Program-made: the position numbers and the translations under genes | Notes under the pieces: model-generated | Databases searched by the model: none | Seen by the model: the letters and a program-made list of their open reading frames with translations, nothing else | What the model was told of the DNA's origin: nothing | In this document: in pieces, positions 37,836 to 49,048 of the stretch | Numbering within the stretch: the stretch's first letter is position 1 | Layout of the letters: each line of letters starts with the position of its first letter | Assembly: GCF_001194135.2 (NCBI RefSeq) | Contig: NC_068981.1 | Location: 168,101,371-168,165,370 of the forward strand | Direction of reading: 5' to 3' | Source of the DNA: Octopus bimaculoides | Taxonomy: Eukaryota | DNA: 64,000 nucleotides

Positions 37836-39339
37836 AAGACGATGCTAGATGTGCTGCAATGTAACCTCAATATAATTATTTTCCCTATACTTTTAGTTAT
37901 ATTTTTAGTTCAGGTGTGCCACTGAGTTTTGAAAATATAAGTGTACCACAACTGAAAAAAAGGATGCAGAGCACCGATATAGACCATAGGTAACATTTAC
38001 ACAGCCTTTTCCTTGTTTCTGTGTCTACCAACCAAAACTCAGAATGCAAAGAGCCAGAACAAATATTACAAATTATCTCATCAGACGATTTAACAATTCC
38101 ACTTTATCCATCATCATTTAACGTCTGTTTCCCATACTGTCATCGGTTGGACAGTTTGACAGGAGTTGGCAAGCTGGAGAGCTGCACCAGACTCCAATTG
38201 TTTTGACATGGTTTCTACGGCTAGATACCCTTCCTAATGCAGAGCATACTAGGTGCTTTTTATGTAGCTTTGACATGGGTGCTTTTAACATGCCACCAAC
38301 ACCATCAGGGTGGCCAAGTAACTTACAAGACTTCTTAGTGGAAAGAAGTAGAGCTGAGGGAGGTGATCATGTGCCAGGTGAGAGGTGAGAGGATGATAAA
38401 GGGACAGAGATAGTTCACTAACTATATATACTTGGATGCCCCAGTAGGACAAAGAAAGTGGGAAAGAGAAAGATAAACAGTCAGAGTGAGCGAGAACTAG
38501 ATGGTGTTGGAGATGCGTTGGGGCATACACACAGTGAACAGTGGGGTGGAGTATAAGTAGTACAGAGAGGATAAAAGGGGGGGTGTTCCAAGAGTGTGAG
38601 GGGATATGTTTAGAGAATGGGGAAGACATGACTGTAGCAAGTGATGATGAGGAAAATTGGAGTGGACTTGGGGGAGGGGAAGATGAAATAAGTAAGAGAA
38701 GGGGGTAAGGGACCATGTAAAGAATAAATCCAAATTGGCCTCAGTGGGTTTCGAATTGAAAGCGAGCACAGAAAACCAGAACTAATGTTGCCAAAGAATT
38801 TTCTTCTATACATTAATGACCCACCAACATGTCACAGTCTCAATAAATTAATTCTCTTGCCAATTAATAGAAATTATATTGCACAACTAGGTGAATTTGG
38901 TAAACCAATTTAATTTTGTCCAAGTGAGCATATACTATAAATAGATACAAACTTATTCTCTCTGTAGACAAGAATAATTAATTAATCTCTGATGACGTTT
39001 ATAAATTCTGAAAGGTACATGCTAAAAGCATCTCTTGTAAATTTAACTTACATTTCCACTTATTCGATTGTGTAGTGTTTCTATAAATAAATACATACAC
39101 ACATGCACACCCTCACATCACATCACACCAATACCCTCGCATCACACCACGCACACACTACAACTGACCAACTCCTTTCTCCCCTCCCCATTTTCACACT
39201 ATATACGTCAAGATCACCAGCATTCTATCTCCCACACACAGCCCGTCGTTCTTCGATCACCATTTGTTATCTCCCCCTGTTCTTAGCTCTCCTGAAAAAA
39301 GAATTTCTAACTTCCGGTCAGCCATTATTAGCCATTATT

Positions 39340-39535
39340 ATGATTGACCGTTGACTGAACACTATTCAATTTTTTTCTCCGTGTTTTTCTCCTTGTCTCC
39401 GTATTCTTTCTGTTGAAGAGCGTAGCTCGAAACGTCAAAGACTTTCCGTATTCCTGAGCGTCATACTAATACATCCTTTTGTTATTTACACCACCTGTCC
39501 TCGTCTGTTGTTGTTTTTTCGTACATTCTCCCATA
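39340..39535 (+). mobile_element. Interspersed repeat, probable Penelope-like terminal remnant (copy 2)
   Basis: Same sequence as 4048-4233. Confidence 0.45.
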
Positions 39536-39556
39536 TGTATATATATACACACACAG

Positions 39557-40810
39557 ACGGTATTTGAGGACAGATTTATGGTTTTAAAAAAAATGCATAT
39601 ATAATAACAGAAAAAAAAACTGCCTTTTTATACAAAAAACATAAAGCTAAATAATCAATTTAATAATTCCATTCAATAAAACCACCATAAGCATCAATAA
39701 CTGCCTCTACACAGGGTCGAAATCGTTTACAAGCTCGGATTAAGAGGTCCTTGTTCATACTGGACACAACTCGAACTATGGCAGCTTTCAAAGAATTTTG
39801 GCACTATGTGGATGTTCATAGACATTTTTTCACAACGATGCTCCATACATAGTAGTCCAGTGGATTGAGATCTGGAGAATTAGGAGGCCAAATGTTGGTG
39901 GTGATGTAATCATACAAATTGTCGGCCATCCATTCTTGTATCATTTGAGCCTTGTGTGACAGTGCACAATCTTGTTGAAAGACGTAAGGCCTTCCATTGC
40001 ATACAGTGTTGATCCAAGGCTTAACAACTTCATCCAGAACCTCAATATACACAGCAGTATTCATCCTAAAGCCTTGTGGAAAAAAGTGAGGAGGCATCCC
40101 ATGTCCTTCATTGCTAACAACACCCAAAACCATGACACTTCCAGTAAATTTTGTGTGCATTACTCTTGGAACCTCAGAACGGTCTGCACATCACCATCTG
40201 TCATTTCATTGGTTAGTTTTCTGGTCTTGGTCAAAGATTTTCTCATCTGAGGAAAATCAAATCACACCATCTTCTGAAGGATTTTTAAGTTTGTTCAAAA
40301 GTCTTTTAGATCTGATTAAATGGGTTTCTTTCGTTTTTTCTGAATTGACCTCTCCTCATCACGTAAGATTTGTATCTGATGTCTCCATGCACAAGATTTC
40401 TGATTGTTTTTTTCTGACACATGAAATTTTTTTTGCAATTGACCTCATTGATTTGATTTTCTTGCATTGTCTTCAATGTTTTGCTTAACTTCCTGAATAA
40501 ATTCATGTGTCCTTATAGAATCACAGCATTTCTAAGGTTTTGTATGTATTGATACAGGTAACATGCTCCCAGCTGCTTTCTCTAACTGACACCGAATCTT
40601 GTGGACAGAAAATCTTGCAACTTTCAGAAAATGAGAAATTTCTAAATCACCATGCTTAGCCTTCAAATTCACAATCACAGCCTGCTTTTTCATTTCATTA
40701 GTAAGCATAGGGCCTGTCCTTGTTATTTTCAGAAACAGAAGTTCAATAAAAATTAGTCAACTAAAATAATGACTAAAAATACATGTCCTCAAATACCGTG
40801 CGCACCCTGT
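39557..40810 (-). mobile_element. Near full-length degraded DD37D (maT) Tc1/mariner element
   Basis: VMVLGVVSNEG...YVFQQD-(37 aa)-D in WPPNSPDLNPLDYYVW. N-terminal part (KTIRNLVHGDIRYKSY) in another frame. TIR ACGGTATTTGAGGACA at 39557 and inverted at 40784-40799. Confidence 0.9.
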
Positions 40811-40847
<37 letters not shown>

Positions 40848-41119
40848 GAGAGAGAGACAGACAGACAGACAGAGAGAGAGAAAGAGATAGAGAGAGAGAG
40901 ACAGAGACAGACAGAGAGACAGAGAGAGAGAGAGAGAGAAAGACAGACAGAGGTGCAGGCGTGGGTATGTGGTAAGAAGCTGGCTTCCCAACTGCATGCT
41001 TCTGGGCTCAGTCCAATTGCATAGCACCTTGTCATCTACTATGGCCTCAGGCTGACAAAACCTTTGTGAGTGGATTTGGTAGACAGAAACTGAAAGAAGC
41101 CTGTTTATATATATATATA

Positions 41120-42125
41120 TATATAAAATTTAATAACAAGGGTAGAAATTGATATCAATCAATTAAAACCAGTGGTCTAGCATATTAAAAATATCCAAAG
41201 ATTAAAATTATATTACATACAAAAATAAGAGGAATGACCAGCAAAAGTGGACTCCTATATGCTAGAAATAGATGCCGAATCATCTAACCACGAAGAATAT
41301 GTTCTCAGTAAAAATTTCAGCAACACAACAGACTGTAAAAGGGCAAGACAAATGAAAAAATACTAAATAAAAAAACCATTAACCTACGTACCATGGTTTC
41401 ACCTGTTAATATTTNNNNNNNNNNNNNNNNNNNNNNNNNNNNNNNNNNNNNNNNNNNNNNNNNNNNNNNNNNNNNNNNNNNNNNNNNNNNNNNNNNNNNN
41501 NNNNNNNNNNNNNNNNNNNNNNNNNNNNNNNNNNNNNNNNNNNNNNNNNNNNNNNNNNNNNNNNNNNNNNNNNNNNNNNNNNNNNNNNNNNNNNNNNNNN
41601 NNNNNNNNNNNNNNNNNNNNNNNNNNNNNNNNNNNNNNNNNNNNNNNNNNNNNNNNNNNNNNNNNNNNNNNNNNNNNNNNNNNNNNNNNNNNNNNNNNNN
41701 NNNNNNNNNNNNNNNNNNNNNNNNNNNNNNNNNNNNNNNNNNNNNNNNNNNNNNNNNNNNNNNNNNNNNNNNNNNNNNNNNNNNNNNNNNNNNNNNNNNN
41801 NNNNNNNNNNNNNNNNNNNNNNNNNNNNNNNNNNNNNNNNNNNNNNNNNNNNNNNNNNNNNNNNNNNNNNNNNNNNNNNNNNNNNNNNNNNNNNNNNNNN
41901 NNNNNNNNNNNNNNNNNNNNNNNNNNNNNNNNNNNNNNNNNNTATATATATATATACTTTATTTAAGAGCAGCAGAAAACTGTCTGATGAACGGGAATGT
42001 GAAACTCCGAGTAACAGTCTTTTCTATATTTCTGCTGCTTTTAAATAAAGCATATTACTCTACCTCTGGTATTTGAGTACTTATTTTTCCACCTTGTTGC
42101 ACATTTATGTGCTTACTCCGGTATA
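41120..42125. mobile_element. Probable Penelope-like pseudo-LTR remnants flanking a gap
   Basis: Hammerhead on + after the gap and a hammerhead 3' half on - before it. AT-rich and non-coding, with no RT or endonuclease ORF visible. Confidence 0.4.
41979..42018 (+). ncRNA. Minimal type I hammerhead ribozyme (Penelope/retrozyme-type)
   Basis: ACTGT-CTGATGA-ACG(GGAA)TGT-GAAA-CTC(C)GAG-TA-ACAGT. Catalytic core complete, three stems form, GUA cleavage triplet (cut after 42013). Enclosed by a 20/21-bp outer inverted repeat (41958-41978 / 42029-42049). Confidence 0.75.
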
Positions 42126-44782
42126 TATATATATATATATAATTATGTATGTGTGTGTCTTTGTATCTGTGTCCCCCACCCTACCCTGCCTGACAACTGA
42201 TGTTTGTGTGTTTGTGTCCCCACAACTTAGCAGTTCAGCTAAAAAGATCAAAAGAATAAGCACCAGGCTTTAAAAAAATAAGAACTGAGGTCAATTCATT
42301 CAACTTAAAATTCAAAGTTGCCCCAGCATAGCCAGTTTGACTGAAACAAGATATATATAAAAACACATACATATACACACATATTGTTCATTTGTTCAAC
42401 ATGCATTTTCCCATTCTAGCATGGCGTACATATTTGAGGCAGCATTTAATAATCAGATGCTTTTCTGTTGATAGCCTTTACCTGTTTCCCAAGTAAGGCA
42501 TTTCTTTTTTTACTTCCACAAGTCTTTGAAAACACAGAGCAACCAGTTATAACATAAACATTACAATGTTGCTCAACCGGTAAGAAGCAAAGCTGCAAGA
42601 TAACATTTACACACACACAAACATATATACATACATACATACAACAGGCTTCCTACAATTTCGTTAAACCAAATTAACTTACAAAACATTTGTTAATGCA
42701 GAGCTATAGTAGAAATAATTTGCCTGAAGTATGGCACAGTGGGACGGAACCTGAAACTATGCAGTTGCAAACTGAACTTCTTAACCATGTGGCCATGAAG
42801 GTTTAATCGCTTTATCAGTTAACATTACTACCTGATTTATGGGTTTCTTTTGCAAGTATTCAGGCTATAGAGATACGTTGAAGTGGAAATATACTCTTTT
42901 ACTTGTTTCAGTCACTTGACTGCGGCCATGCTGGAGCACCGCCTTTAGTCGAGCAAATCGACCCTAGGACCCACTCTTTGGTAGCCTAGTACTTATTCTA
43001 TCGTTCTCTTTTTGCCGAACCGCTAAGTTACGGGGACATAAACACACCAGCATCGGTTATCAAGCGATGTTGTGGGGACAAACACAGACACACAAACTCA
43101 CACACACACACATATATACAACAGGCTTCTTTCAGTTTCCGTCTACCAAATCCACTCACAAGGCTTTGGTCGGCCCGAGGCTATAGTAGAAGACACTTGC
43201 CCAAGGTGCCAAGTAGTGGGAATGAACCCGGAACCATGTGGTTGGTAAGCAAGCTACTTACCACACAGCCACTCTTCTTCATATATTTTTGTGAACAGCA
43301 AGGATCCTTAATGCCAGTGCTTGGACAGATGGAGGAAAGATAAATCTTGCCCTGAATAAGATATTGGCCTTGCATAGATAACAATTCCTTGCCCAAAGAA
43401 TACAACTTATCACTGCAAGGCAATCATATAAATGGTAATTCTACAGTACTGCCTCAGCCTAAAAATAGCAGCCAAATCTCCCTCAAATCACATCCCATCT
43501 TCTTAGGAAAAGAATGCTTCAGATAATACAGTCATGAATACCTTATCTTGAAAAAGGATGGGATGGTCACCACTGGAATATCTTTGTCACAGACAATCTT
43601 GTACTACATATACAAAAGACAGGAAGGTCTTTCATCATAGAGTCTGCTTGATCAAGGATGACTTGTAGCTAAACAACAACAATTAATCGTACAAACTCAT
43701 TACAGTTAGGATACTTTACTTTGACCAGGCTCCCTTGAAGATGAAACCATTTTGCCAAGCATCTCAAACCATCATCGCCACCTTCAGTTCATGAATAGAA
43801 TCCAATCCTGTGTCCTTTTTTCAGGTTGTCAATAAATGTTAGAAAATGCCCCCCACATACTTGCCAATATCATGCAGTGAGGCTCAGAGTACAAATTTTA
43901 CTGCTGCTTCTCCTGGTGTTGCACACAATGACCCAATATGTAGAGATATCCATTCTCTGATGCTGTTGGTCATTTTTGGAAGACTTCTACAGAGATACTC
44001 ATTGGTTTGTTGCTGTCATTTCACAGCCAGGGCCATTCATAGCATCCTAAACTCCTCTTTGCTTGTTTGATAAATGTTTCTAACTGTGTGATACATGGAC
44101 ATTTACAGTTAGACAGACTTGTTCTTTAAGCGCTGGCCAGATTACAGTACGATTAACAAGATACAAACTACCACCAAAGAGCCAAGGTATTCAATATCTG
44201 ATATAACCAGTGCAATCTTTACACTCAAACCAACTTCAATAAAAAATACAAAATCAAAAAAAAAAAATGTCAATTTATTTAATCAACTTTTAAGCAATTA
44301 TTTGTTTCTTTGTTACATTTTGCCTTTTTTTTTGTTTTGTTTTGTTTTGTTATTTTTTATAACCATTCAATTAACTTCTATAAAATAATTACATGAATCA
44401 AGCAAGATTCTGGAAAGCAACCATTATTTAGTCCACAGCCAGTAACCATTCATAGCAGAAATAACAGTTCTCTTCCAACAGCTTTCATTCTTTTGGCCAT
44501 TTTTAGTTACATAGATCACATTTTGATATTTAGTTTTTTTTTTTTGTCTTTTCTATTTAGTAAAATAGAAAATAGATATGCTGCGACACTCAAGACTCAG
44601 ACTTTCATCACATAATGCTTTTTCCTTTTTTTTTTAAATTTTTATTTGCTACGAATCTGCATAATCATTTAACACCTGTCAACTTACTCAATCAGCATTC
44701 ACTTTAAGTATATGCAAACAATATGGATGGGGTAGTTACATAATATACCCAGCATATCTATATGTATTAATGTACACATACC

Positions 44783-44818
<36 letters not shown>

Positions 44819-44953
44819 CACACACACACACACACATACACACACACGTGCATGTGCGTGGAGGAAGGGGTGAATTTTTGTGCTTGTGTTTCATCTATGC
44901 GTATACATCCACATATGTATAAACCAATTGCCCTATCCAATAGCAAAGCAGCA

Positions 44954-45023
44954 TTATGTCAATGTAAGTCGGTGAGCTCTGCGATCACACCGTGGACAGC
45001 TTTCAAGTTTTGTAAAGCATTTC
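44954..45023 (-). CDS. DEF8: DEF8 terminal coding exon: (R)KCFTKLESCPRCDRRAHRLTLT*
   Basis: Completes the C-terminal xCx(5-6)CPxCxR motif. Strong acceptor ttttactttcag; phase 2 start; TAA stop at 44956-44954. Confidence 0.92.
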
Positions 45024-45039
45024 CTGAAAGTAAAAAAAA

Positions 45040-45083
<44 letters not shown>

Positions 45084-45389
45084 TAATAATAATAATAATA
45101 ATAATAGAAAGTTGAAATATTTTGTCGTTTTAACTATGGAATATAGGACTTATCATTATCGACATCGTTATAATGCACATTTTTCCATGCTTGCATGAGC
45201 CAGATGGAGTCTATTGAGGCAGATTTCTTACAGCCAGATGCCCTTCCGGTCACCAACCTTCACCTGTTTCCAAGCAAAGTAATATTTTCCCATGGTCAGA
45301 CATGTTATCACAGAATAAATGACATTCATTCACAGCAATCAAGAGATGTCAAGACAAGAGACACCAACACACACACATTCACACTCGCA

Positions 45390-45567
45390 CAGTCATGGCC
45401 GAAAGTTTGGAACATAGATCTGAATTTTTTTTTTTTCTAGACATTGAACCATTGGATCAGTTATTAGGTAACTATGTCTCTACATTGTATATATTTGAAT
45501 CGAATTGAACTTGGACATAACCATTTTAATTTTTTTTTTAAATGTTCCAAACTTTTGGCCACAACTG
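45390..45567. mobile_element. Tc1-like MITE
   Basis: TIR CAGTCATGGCCGAAAGTTTGGAACA / TGTTCCAAACTTTTGGCCACAACTG. Confidence 0.7.
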
Positions 45568-45610
45568 TGTACATACATATATGAAATTGTGTGTGTATGT
45601 GTGAGTGTGC

Positions 45611-45717
<107 letters not shown>

Positions 45718-45877
45718 ACGAGCTTCTTTCAGTTTCTGTCTATCTAATCAACTCACAAAGTTTTAGTTGGCCCAAAGCTATAGCAGAAGACACATTCCCA
45801 AGGTGTGATGCAGTGGGACTGAACCTGAATCCATACATTTATGAAGGAAACTACTTAACCCAACCATAAATATGTGT

Positions 45878-46610
45878 GTGTGTGAGTGCGTGCAAGAGAG
45901 ACGACTATGCTGGTCTGGTCATGTGATGCATATGGATGAGGACAGCTGTGTAAGGAAGTGCCAATTTCTGATTGTGAAGAGAACCTGTTGTAGAGGTAGT
46001 CCCAGGAAGACATGGGACGAGGTGATGAAGCATGATTTTCAAACTTTGAGTCTCACAGAGGCAATGACTAGCGACTGAGACCTTTGGCAATATGCAGTGC
46101 TTGAGAAGACCAGTCAAGCCAAGTGAAATCATAATCATGACTGATGCTGGTGTCATGTAACTGGCACCTGTGCCAGTGGTGCATAAAGAGCACCCTTTAT
46201 GCATTGGCCTTCATGGAGGCAAAGTGGCTGAGTTCCTTTCAAGCATTGGGCCCCATAGAGGCAAAGTGACCGAGTTCCTTTCAAGCATTGGGCCCCATAG
46301 AGGCAAAGTGACCGAGTTCCTTTCAAGTGTTGGGCCTCTCGGAGGCAATGACCAAGACCTTTGGCATTATGCCATACTTAAGAAGACCCATCAAACTGAG
46401 CAAAATCACAGTCATGGCAGATCCTAGTGTCACACAAATGGCACGTAATAGCACTCATTACACTCTCAGAATGGTTGGCGTTAGGAAGGGTATCCAGCTG
46501 TAGAAACCATGCAAAATCAGACTGGAATCTGGTGCAGCTTTCCAGATTTTTAGCCCTGGTCAAACCATCTAACCCATGCTAGTATGGACAATGGATGTTA
46601 AATGATGACA
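45878..46610 (+). mobile_element. RTE-clade LINE 3' end with 3' UTR containing a 42-bp tandem repeat and a GAT-rich tail
   Basis: VQERRLCWSGHVMHMDEDSCVRKC...RGSPRKTWDEV. The 3' motif ggtatccagctgtagaaaccatg...gttaaatgatga is shared with many short copies. Confidence 0.8.
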
Positions 46611-46903
46611 ATGTTGATATATATAAAATAGGACACCTAAATGTTGAACAAAAAAAAGGCAAATCGCAAAACAGTTTTTCGCCTGAAAGTGTGGTTAGGT
46701 TTCTTCACAACCATGTACTTCTGGGTTTGACCTCAATGCATAGCATAGGCAGGGATTTTAGGGTTTCCCATCCTACAGACTCAAGTTAACTACATTTTCT
46801 GTAAGAAATCTGATAACAAAAACTGTGCAGAAGCCCATCAGATACATACAAACATATACACACACACATGCATGCATGCTTGTATGTATGTAAACATTGG
46901 ATA

Positions 46904-47236
46904 TGTATTATATGTAACCGTGTTCTGTAGTCAAAAGCAGGATACATGAATCATATGAAGTCACATGAAAATCGTAATGCCCAGATAGGTAATGATCTTG
47001 GATACCAACTGTTTCTTATAACTTGTGACATATGTCAAAAAACTTGTAAGACAATATCTAGACTTAAAAGACATATGCTAGTTCACAAAAGCATTCCTTC
47101 AGAATCAGATTCCAAAGGGCAAAGAAATAGAAGAAACTTGAGTAATATCTGTTACTTGTGTTTTGAACCCTGTCAGTCAGAAGCTGGTCTTAAAAGTCAT
47201 CTTAGGGCTCATCGGCAAAATGATTTTACTGTGTGA
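46904..47236 (+). pseudogene. Three C2H2 zinc fingers (first interrupted by TAG), antisense in the last DEF8 intron; probably the C-terminus of a LINE ORF2
   Basis: CIICNRVL*SKAGYMNHMKSH, CDICQKTCKTISRLKRHMLVH and CYLCFEPCQSEAGLKSHLRAH in one frame. No TGEKP linkers. Confidence 0.6.
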
Positions 47237-48938
47237 TGGATGTGGTATGTGTGTTGATGGGACGGCTATCATCTCTCAAGATGAAGTAATCATGCATGTG
47301 TCTATGTGTGTGTTGTGTTTATATCAAACCAGATAAGCAATGGCATCACACTATCAACCAGTTAGCACATTTTAATCATCACCATTTTATCTATAAATTC
47401 TATGATGAAGTTCTTGCAACATGACACTCCAAGAAATTTTTCTTGGTGATTTGAGAGAAGTTGAAATCATTTTTAGGCTTCAGTTTCATTAATACTATAC
47501 AAAGAAAAATATGGTCCTTTGTTGTCAAGAATCTAATGTATCATGTATTAACTTCCAAATCTGACTGATACTACTTCCCGCATAAGGACAGGAAAATATT
47601 TATTTATTTATAACTCAGAACAGAAAGTTATGATATACTAGCATCAGATATCATTTTTATTACAGAAGGGGCTGAGCAGTAGATTTAGGCAAGCACTAAA
47701 TTATGAATTTCATTATCCAGTTACCTCCCTTTAAGTTCTCAGTGCAAATCACGTTTGACTTTTCTTCTTATCTTTCTCTTGTCAATGAAATAAATACCAG
47801 CTTAATCATGGAATGAATAATATAAGAGAGAGGCACTGCATGGTATCTTAAGGAAATAGCCTTGTGAGAGGGTTTAGTAATCAGGAATTGAAAGAGAAGC
47901 CTGTCATGTGTGTGTGTGTATGTGTGTGTGTGTAGCTTTATGTAGGCATTATGTGCTACAGTTGTAAATGAGCTTCATCATCATCATTATCATCATCATC
48001 AAAGCAAGGTTGTTGGTTTTCGGTCTCCTGTGAAAAACATGTCTGGCCATGAGGAGGTATTACTTTGCTTGGAAACAGGTGAGGGATGGAGACAGGAAAG
48101 ACAGCTCACTGTATAAAATTTGCATCAGCAAATTCTGCAAGCATGGAAAAGTGGACACTAAATGATGATGATGTATTATATAGTTAATTACATCAACTAT
48201 ATAATAATTTAAGAGTGTTGTAACTTGCTTGAAGAGCACTATAGTGCAGAAATAGAATAATGAACAAAAACGGGAAATGAGGATAGATTCTAACAATACA
48301 GAGATGTCTATATTTTGGGTGCAAAGGCCTATCTTCAGAAGTGTACAGTCAAAGAGATGTGTGTCTGCATAGATCCTGCCATTTGGATAACTGGATGGGC
48401 AGGATGGCTGTACACTTCTAAAGATGAGCCTTTGTGCCCAAAATATAAAAATTTTTCAACTTTAATCTCTGCATTGTTAGAAGCTGTCCTCATTTCCCTT
48501 TTTGTCCATTATCCTACTTACATAATAATTTGTGACTGGGTGTGTTAAAGTTAAAAACCTTTTATTTCTAAGATGTTAACAGTTTTTTCAAATGTAATAA
48601 CAAGGGAAAAAATTCATGGGAATATTTTTCTTTAACTTGTCCTTTTCAACTTAGTCAATTCTTTTAATTCCAACAATATGTACAACCCTACTTTGTTTCT
48701 AAGGAGTAGAACAAGATATGACTGTACATATAGAATCTACTTCAGCTTGAACCATTTTCTCCACTTTTCTTCTCCCATCCCACACAGCAATCTGTAATGT
48801 TCCCGATGCCCCTAACAAGCTACATTATAGTTCTGACTTTTGAAACAGAAGGAAGTTTGAGCTCTCATCTGCTATTATTTAATTTACTTTCAGAAACTAA
48901 TCAGTATTAGGGTTATCAGAGCTAAAAGTTAAACTCAC

Positions 48939-49048
48939 CTGTGGAAGACTTGAGAGCAAGTTTCACAAGACTTTGTGTATATATCAAATGGGAAGAGAAC
49001 CTCACTGCTGTGACAGAATTCACAGGTATATCCTTTTGCACGACATAG
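48939..49048 (-). CDS. DEF8: DEF8 exon: LCRAKGYTCEFCHSSEVLFPFDIYTKSCETCSQVFH(R)
   Basis: Matches CQAKGFVCELC...VLFPFD...CADCSAVFH. Acceptor tttcag, donor gtgagt; 110 nt, phase 0 to 2. Confidence 0.96.

Noticed and set aside
38285-38813. Three overlapping minus-strand ORFs rich in S/P/L/H
   Set aside because: Explained by purine-rich low complexity on the + strand; no recognisable motif.
39408-39445. TTGAAGA...GAAAC hammerhead-like motif (also near 4120-4150)
   Set aside because: C3 is missing, stem II has only one pair and no stem I forms, so it is not called a ribozyme.
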